In this document: positions 58,235 to 64,000 of the stretch, in pieces
Layout: the number at the start of each line of letters is the position of its first letter
How positions within the stretch are numbered: position 1 is the first letter of the stretch
IMG/VR virus record: IMGVR_UViG_3300042402_002641
Coordinates: 124,001 to 188,000 of that record
Strand: one strand, 5' to 3'
DNA: 64,000 nt
Notes under the pieces: model-generated
Told to the model about the DNA's origin: nothing
The model's database searches: none
The model's input: only the letters and a program-made list of their open reading frames with translations
Program-made: the position numbers and the translations under genes

Positions 58235-58882
58235 TTAAATGGTAGTTTTTTGATTGATTTGATCGGAATATATAGTGCCCGGAAACGTTCTATCAAAATC
58301 CTCAAATGTGATGTGACTGAGGTTTGACAGGGTTGGGCCTAGTTTGTCTGGTATAAATGCGCCGGGATCTGCCACTCTGAAGAATTTCACGTGTCTAAAT
58401 TCTTTGATGGTTTTTTCAGTTTGGCTCAGCCAATTGCCAAAATAAGTGGCGCTGTCTGAGCTTTTTTTATAGTTGTGAGTGTCGGCATACACATTGTTGA
58501 ATTTGCCATTGTCGCCTTGATAGTCAAATCCAAATATGTAGATATCTTTGTGACCCTGCGTGGCTGCGAACCATAAAGCTGTGGGTCCTGAACTCCAGCC
58601 TTTGTGAGGTGAAAAGAAATTGATATTATGTTTGGTGCTGATACCTTTGTTGGGATTAGTCCAGACCTGATGCTTTTTGTGATAGCCTGCACCTATGATT
58701 TCATTGACCATTTTTACATCTACAGCTATCAAATAGTGCGGAGAATATTCTCTGTACTGTGCGTTACAGCCATAGACTATGCCGCGGTCCATTGCACTGA
58801 GATGATTTAATTTCAGTCTACTGGTGCCGTTGCCTATAACGAATGCAGGATTATTCTGCAGGTGCTTCTGCTGGGGTTGCAT
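58235..58882 (-). CDS. DUF115/Maf-like (MptE-like, GT29/42-type fold) protein
   Basis: AFVIGNGTSR, YGCNA, YLIAVD, GWSSGPTAL..A...G.K.IYIFGFDY. Confidence 0.6.
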   Translation of the reverse strand: MQPQQKHLQNNPAFVIGNGTSRLKLNHLSAMDRGIVYGCNAQYREYSPHYLIAVDVKMVNEIIGAGYHKKHQVWTNPNKGISTKHNINFFSPHKGWSSGPTALWFAATQGHKDIYIFGFDYQGDNGKFNNVYADTHNYKKSSDSATYFGNWLSQTEKTIKEFRHVKFFRVADPGAFIPDKLGPTLSNLSHITFEDFDRTFPGTIYSDQINQKTTI

Positions 58883-59093
58883 ACATTTGTCTAATAAATC
58901 CCAGTTCTGACTCTGATTCTACTTGATGTGCTTCCGCCTGCAGTCTCAGTTGATTGATCTGCCGTAGGGTCAAACGTATTTTTCTAGTATCACTTTTCTT
59001 CACAACTGATGAATCTCTGCCAGCATCGTATCTACGATCATTGGCAAAGTCGTTGTTTTTTTCGTTAAAATAAAAAAATTCGTTTAGAAGCAT
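58851..59093 (-). CDS. Hypothetical 80-aa protein
   Basis: Start reassigned to MLLNEF at 59093 (TAAATA-N4-ATG). Confidence 0.7.
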   Translation of the reverse strand: MLLNEFFYFNEKNNDFANDRRYDAGRDSSVVKKSDTRKIRLTLRQINQLRLQAEAHQVESESELGFIRQMYATPAEAPAE

Positions 59094-59103
59094 AATGTAT
59101 TTA

Positions 59104-60810
59104 TTATTGAACTGGAGCTTCTGCAGGTGCTGCTTCTGCACCTTCTGCACCTGCTTCTGCGGCAGCTGCCATATCTGCAGGTGCTTCTGCGGTCTGTGCT
59201 GCCGCGTCTGCGGCCATTCCGCCAGCTGAGACACCTACATTTCTCAACTGACTCTGTGCATCAAGATCTGGTTTTAATGTCGTTCCGTTTTCTTCTCTCC
59301 ATAGCTTTTCGTTTTCTTTGATTTCTTCTTCTGATAAACCTAGGAACCGTTTCATTGCAAATCTTTTGCTGAGATGTGGAATAGCTATGACCTGGCTGAA
59401 TGTTGCGGCTCTAGCTGTGTCAAGTTCTGATTGACGATAAGCAGCGAAGTTCTGTGGTGAGTTGAATTTCAATTCAAACAAACCGTTGTCTATGTTGATG
59501 CCCTGTGCGTTTAGCCACAGTTTGAATTCTAGATCAAAAGTTTCTACGATCATTGACTGTAGGCGTTTACAGTATTCGTTGAATCTCAGTTCTTGAATAT
59601 AGGCCGTACCAACCTTGCCATCTGCCATGGTGTTGGGCTGTTCATCTATGGCCGTAGGAAGATATGAACTAGGTATGCGTAAAGCCCTAAACAATTTGTT
59701 AGTAAAATAACGTAGATCGGTTATCTCACCTAGATTAGTACCGCCGGGCAGTGTTTCGACTTTAGATCCTCGACCTTCTGCGGTCTGTGGGAAGAAGTAG
59801 TCTTCGTTGACGCTTAATGGATTGTATGAAGCGTCTATGACATTAGCGCCACCTCCTGTGGATGAAGGAATACGGCGCTGTTGGATTTCGTTTTTCACAC
59901 GCTCAACAAAGCTCATGGCCATGTGTGCTGGCATGTTGCCTACGTCTACATAAAAAATTCTGCGTTCAGGCGCACGTTGGATGCGATAGATGATGATAGC
60001 GTCTTCAAGCAGTTCTTTCTGCTTGTAGACTTTGAACACTGATTCTAGTATTGAATTGCCAAAAGGATAGTTGTTGTCTAGTCCTTCGCTCATACTGATA
60101 TGCACCACATGCTTGGCATCTATGGTAACTTCATTGGTCTGGTTGCTGAATCTAGTGCCAGGAGGTTGTGCTGCTGCGCCAACCATACCGCGGCCAAAGC
60201 CACCACCTGTGGTATATGAACTAGTGCCGCTGGGTGCTGTGTTTGTGGTACCATGCGGAGTCACAGCCACCATGTCTTTGAAGTTGAAGTTGATATCACG
60301 GATCACGTACTGTTCAGGTATCTTGCCTTCGGATTCGTTGACTATGATCTTAGTAACCTTGGCAGCATCTACAAACAACCATTTTTTAGTTTCGGGGTCT
60401 CTCACAAAGAAACAGTCGCCATACTTGAGTGCGTTGCGGAAAATACGGAATATACGAGTTTCAAACTGCTGCTGTTTGCTCCATTTCTGCAGACTATCTT
60501 TCAACAGTTTTACTTCAGTGGCAGTAGGGTTACCTTTGAAAAATGTATTAAACGGTGTGCGATTTTCTTTTTCTTTTTGTGTGCAGAACTCTGTGAGGAT
60601 ATCTAGAGCAGCATTAACTTCTGAATCCATGTCCATGGTATCATACTGCATGTAGCGTTCCACACGATTGGGCGCACCTGCGTAGACATCTGGCAGGAAA
60701 CTAGAGTAATTGGCACGAGCCGGACCAGGGCGGCCGCGGCCACTGATTGGACTCATAGAGCCACCTGAGTTGTCAATTTTTACAGGGGTAAAGTGTCTTT
60801 TCCAGCTCAT
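59104..60810 (-). CDS. Portal protein (T4 gp20-like)
   Basis: EDAIIIYRIQRAPERRIFYVDVGNMP, EDYFFP...GRGSKVETLPGG, YF..KL.RAL.IP.S. Confidence 0.97.
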   Translation of the reverse strand: MSWKRHFTPVKIDNSGGSMSPISGRGRPGPARANYSSFLPDVYAGAPNRVERYMQYDTMDMDSEVNAALDILTEFCTQKEKENRTPFNTFFKGNPTATEVKLLKDSLQKWSKQQQFETRIFRIFRNALKYGDCFFVRDPETKKWLFVDAAKVTKIIVNESEGKIPEQYVIRDINFNFKDMVAVTPHGTTNTAPSGTSSYTTGGGFGRGMVGAAAQPPGTRFSNQTNEVTIDAKHVVHISMSEGLDNNYPFGNSILESVFKVYKQKELLEDAIIIYRIQRAPERRIFYVDVGNMPAHMAMSFVERVKNEIQQRRIPSSTGGGANVIDASYNPLSVNEDYFFPQTAEGRGSKVETLPGGTNLGEITDLRYFTNKLFRALRIPSSYLPTAIDEQPNTMADGKVGTAYIQELRFNEYCKRLQSMIVETFDLEFKLWLNAQGINIDNGLFELKFNSPQNFAAYRQSELDTARAATFSQVIAIPHLSKRFAMKRFLGLSEEEIKENEKLWREENGTTLKPDLDAQSQLRNVGVSAGGMAADAAAQTAEAPADMAAAAEAGAEGAEAAPAEAPVQ

Positions 60811-63803
60811 GCTTTATATAAATTTCCGTTTAGGTTCTTGGCAGCTTCGTAGGTAGCATAGGTGTTAGTTGTAGTTTTGGCTGTTAAATCTAATAATTTT
60901 ACCATATGTGTATTTAACTGCGCCATTAGGGATTCTAAAGATTCTGGTTTTTTCGCAGCATCTTCTTTCTTTTTGGCTTCATCTTCTTCGGCTTTTTTCT
61001 TGGCTGCTGCATCATCTTCCGCTTTCTTTTTGGCCGCTGCATCATCAGCTGTTTTCTTTGCTGCATCAGCTTCAATTGTTTTTCTTGTAGCATCTGCACT
61101 ACTAGATGCAGCAGGTGGAGCAGTGCCGCTGCGTTGTTTAGCTAACGCTAATGCTTCTTCTAGAGCTTTTAATTTAGCTTCAGCAGCTTCAATTTTTTCA
61201 GCAGCAGCTTTCTTTTCTGCACCGGTTTTGGCTGCTGCTAGTTCTGCGTCTGCTAGTTCTTTGTCTTTGGTAATTTCGCCTTTCTTGACACCTATCTCAA
61301 CTGCTCCACCTTCCTTGGCGCTGAATTGTTTTAATAATGCTTCTGGACCAGAGGCATAGTCTATAGACATTTCAGCTGCTTTGGCTGCGGCTTCTCGTCC
61401 AGCTAATTCTTTTTGTGCGATTTTTTTATTAGCTTCTGCAAACAAACTTCTTTCTTTGATTGTTTTTTGATTTTGATTTACTTCAGCAAGTTTTGCAGCT
61501 ACTTTTGCATCTTTTTCTGCTTTCGCTGTTGTAAGCGCCGCGTCTACTACCGTGTCACGTTGTTCTTTTCTAGCAGCTCTTTCTTTTTCTCGTTCTTCAT
61601 AAACGTCTTTGCTAATACCACCCAAAGCATTAGGCAGTTTCACACGTATGCTGTCTACTAATCCAACAAATCCATCTACAACTCCTTCCATTAGTGATTT
61701 AATACCTGCTACACTGAAATACTTTCTAAAGGTCTGCCATGCTTCTGATACCACAGTGCCTAGAGTCTTAAACATATCTACCACAAACTGTGACTTCAGT
61801 ACAGTTTCATTGAACCATTTGTACATGTCAGTAACTACACCTACCACTGCGCCTATGATGGCTCCAAGTATCTTAAATGCTTCTCCTATTACAGACCCCA
61901 CTTCAATGATAGTCTGTTTGAGCCAATCAAAACCGCCCCCCAGTTCATTCGTGGTACCCCAAATATCAGTTAGTGCTGTCCAAAGTTCACTGAATGGCTG
62001 CATGAGATCCTGTACAGCTTCAAATAATCCACCGAATGCTATTTCTAATCCTGCTACCACACTGTTCACAATACCGAATAAGAAATTAAATGCTTCATCA
62101 ACAACGTCAATTACACCTTTGAAATCTTCAAATTTCATGCTGACGCCTTCTAGGGCCTTGCCAATTCTTTCTACCACAGGCCCAAAAATCAGTTGCAGTC
62201 CTAGACTGATCTTTTCAAACAGAGCAGATACCACTGCCAGCACTGGTGGAAATACTTTCTGGAAAATATCTACGATAGGACGTATGCCTGCATCTAGAGC
62301 TTTTAATGCTGGTACAAGCACTGCATTAGCAATATCTGCTACCAGGCCAACAGCACTGATTAATAGATCTAAAAACCCGCTGTTGGCCAATATGCCTGTA
62401 AAAGTATTACTAAGACCAGATAACACTTCTTTCATTTTGTTCATTTTTTCATTGAACTTGTCTGTATTGGCCGCGGCTTTTTTTTGTTCTTCTGTGCCTT
62501 CTTTGAGTGCGTTGGCATTTATCTGTTGAGTAGCCGAAAGTTTGTTTACGGTTCCAGCAAGGTCTGCACTAGCAGCGCCTGCGCTCTTTATGCTCTGTAA
62601 TTGTTTTCCGCCTTCTGACTTCATGAGATTGTTTAATGCGTTACGTTCTTCTAAGGTCACTGCCTCACCACGCTGCATTTTTTGATTCATTCTCTGTAGC
62701 ATGGCCGCACTCTGAGGCATCATGGCCATGAGCTTTTGATTTTCTTCTGTGGTTGCTGTACCAGTGGCCATGATGTCTTTGGCAAAATCTTGTAGACCAT
62801 CCGGAAGTCCGGTTGTGACTGCAAGAAAACTTTTTCTCACGCCATCACCTAACCCAGACATTGACGCTTGGAACTGCGCATCTTTGGCCATCGCAGCCAT
62901 TTGATTTTCTACTTCTTGGCGACTTTTACCTGTGGCTTTGGCCAGCAGATCTAATTCTTTCATATAGCTTCTAGCACCTTGTGCTAGTTCTGCATTAGAT
63001 TTTTTGCCCTGCAGTCCCTGCAGTTTCATTAGATTACCATAACTGGCCAATCCTTGATTTATTTCTGCTGTGCTAAATCCCAATGCGTATAAGTCGCTGC
63101 TAGTAGATCTCAACTGTTTAGAAACCTTGGCAAAGTTAGCAGCACCGCCTTCTGTGGTAGTTCCAAACGCTCCCATAGCTTGACCATTTTTTGCAATCAA
63201 CGAACCAAATTCTTGTAGATTCATTCCGGCAGTAGTAGCTGCTGCTGAAAACTGACTGATACTACCCCCAAAACTAGATCCAGCGGCTGTAGCAGCACCA
63301 TAGGCAGCTAACATTCTGTCAGCGGCTCCTGCTACCATGGTGAATATTTTTCCTATCACAGGAAGACCGCTGAATATACTAGCAGCGTCTGAAGCATCGT
63401 CTCCCATGCGAGCTAGTGCGTCAGCAGCAGATAATCCTTTTTCAGCAAGGTCTATACCTTGTTTTACAACACCAAATAATGCGCCTGTGGCTAATCCAGC
63501 TCCGCTGGCTATTTTTCCAAGACCTCCGGCTACTACACCTGCAGCTTTACCGACTCCAAATAGTGCTGATCCTGCTGCAGAACCAGCTTTTCCGAATATG
63601 CCACCACCTCCTGCACCACCACCTCCTGCACCACCACCTCCTGCACCACCACCTCCTGCGCCACCACCACCTCCTGCGCCACCACCACCTCCACCGCGGC
63701 CACCTTTCATTACGGCCAGCAGTTCTCGAAGCGTGGATTCAGAAGCGGCATTTTTGGCTTCTACTTGTCCAATTCCTGGAATGTCGATCATTACTGCGGC
63801 CAT
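60807..63803 (-). CDS. Tape-measure-like protein
   Basis: 998 aa, Ala/Gly-rich helical, amphipathic middle, Lys/Ala/Glu-rich C-terminus; next to a baseplate hub gene. Confidence 0.65.
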   Translation of the reverse strand: MAAVMIDIPGIGQVEAKNAASESTLRELLAVMKGGRGGGGGGAGGGGGAGGGGAGGGGAGGGGAGGGGIFGKAGSAAGSALFGVGKAAGVVAGGLGKIASGAGLATGALFGVVKQGIDLAEKGLSAADALARMGDDASDAASIFSGLPVIGKIFTMVAGAADRMLAAYGAATAAGSSFGGSISQFSAAATTAGMNLQEFGSLIAKNGQAMGAFGTTTEGGAANFAKVSKQLRSTSSDLYALGFSTAEINQGLASYGNLMKLQGLQGKKSNAELAQGARSYMKELDLLAKATGKSRQEVENQMAAMAKDAQFQASMSGLGDGVRKSFLAVTTGLPDGLQDFAKDIMATGTATTEENQKLMAMMPQSAAMLQRMNQKMQRGEAVTLEERNALNNLMKSEGGKQLQSIKSAGAASADLAGTVNKLSATQQINANALKEGTEEQKKAAANTDKFNEKMNKMKEVLSGLSNTFTGILANSGFLDLLISAVGLVADIANAVLVPALKALDAGIRPIVDIFQKVFPPVLAVVSALFEKISLGLQLIFGPVVERIGKALEGVSMKFEDFKGVIDVVDEAFNFLFGIVNSVVAGLEIAFGGLFEAVQDLMQPFSELWTALTDIWGTTNELGGGFDWLKQTIIEVGSVIGEAFKILGAIIGAVVGVVTDMYKWFNETVLKSQFVVDMFKTLGTVVSEAWQTFRKYFSVAGIKSLMEGVVDGFVGLVDSIRVKLPNALGGISKDVYEEREKERAARKEQRDTVVDAALTTAKAEKDAKVAAKLAEVNQNQKTIKERSLFAEANKKIAQKELAGREAAAKAAEMSIDYASGPEALLKQFSAKEGGAVEIGVKKGEITKDKELADAELAAAKTGAEKKAAAEKIEAAEAKLKALEEALALAKQRSGTAPPAASSSADATRKTIEADAAKKTADDAAAKKKAEDDAAAKKKAEEDEAKKKEDAAKKPESLESLMAQLNTHMVKLLDLTAKTTTNTYATYEAAKNLNGNLYKA
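63601..63700. repeat. Tandem 15/18-bp repeat encoding GGGAG poly-Gly
   Basis: ccaccacctcctgca x3, ccaccacctcctgcg, then 18-bp variants. Confidence 0.9.
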
Positions 63804-63872
63804 GGCTTATTTTTTTCCTGGTAAAATACGCATATAAATACTTGTGAGCATTATATATTTACCGGAGATAAA

Positions 63873-64000
63873 ATGAACGAAATTCCTAACACGATGCAGC
63901 AAAAAAAGAATCCCCTGGCTGGGTTTTTTAGACAGCCTAAGATCTATGTGTCTTTGCCATCAAAAGGTAAATTCTATTCCCAAGGCGCACTAGATCGCAG
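63873..64000 (+). CDS. Baseplate hub assembly protein (gp26-like), partial
   Basis: MNEIPNTMQQKKNPLAGFFRQPKIYVSLPSKGKFY after a GGAG SD; runs off the window. Confidence 0.65.
   Translation, partial: MNEIPNTMQQKKNPLAGFFRQPKIYVSLPSKGKFYSQGALDR

Noticed and set aside
59094-59234. N-terminal extensions predicted by the ORF track (also at 11944, 25297, 52158, 54378)
   Set aside because: They overlap upstream genes or terminators; downstream ATGs have SD, TAARTA or ATGA coupling support
61609-62529. 306-aa plus-strand ORF (also 57354-58061, 60071-60655, 63337-63837)
   Set aside because: Antisense to clear structural genes; Ser/Pro/Thr bias is what stop-poor reverse frames give
57690-63700. CRISPR-like arrays
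   Set aside because: The repeats are contiguous in-frame coding repeats with no unique spacers, and there are no cas genes
1-64000. Stop-codon reassignment
   Set aside because: Very long genes are intact under code 11 and gene packing is dense

Overview
The whole window is the virion-morphogenesis region of a large T4-like (gp23-capsid) myovirus in the standard genetic code, mostly on the minus strand. It contains the terminase large (truncated) and small subunits, gp4-like head completion protein, tail tube and sheath, necks gp13/gp14, gp15 terminator, dNMP kinase, two giant paralogous fibre proteins (2511 and 1828 aa), major capsid, scaffold, prohead protease, portal, a tape-measure-like gene and the start of a baseplate hub gene. 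All annotations rest on motifs and family similarity recalled from memory; no searches were run. The most unusual part is an AT-rich ~14 kb island (17.4-31.3 kb) inside the fibre module. It holds about eight 2OG-Fe(II) oxygenases, a carbamoyltransferase, a GT9-like glycosyltransferase, a flavin halogenase, a luciferase-like monooxygenase, sulfotransferase-like and SGNH-like proteins and an apparently inactive GmhB. It lies between a collagen/cupredoxin fibre gene and two tandem Gly-rich proteins with ~45 Cys each, which share a perfect 89-bp repeat. My main hypothesis (inference) is a late-expressed system that chemically decorates the virion or its adhesins; DNA base modification is the alternative. 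A TAARTA late-promoter motif often sits exactly 5 nt before an ATG with no SD, suggesting leaderless mRNAs. One structured, possibly switchable 5' leader is present. No tRNA, CRISPR array, reverse transcriptase or intein was seen.
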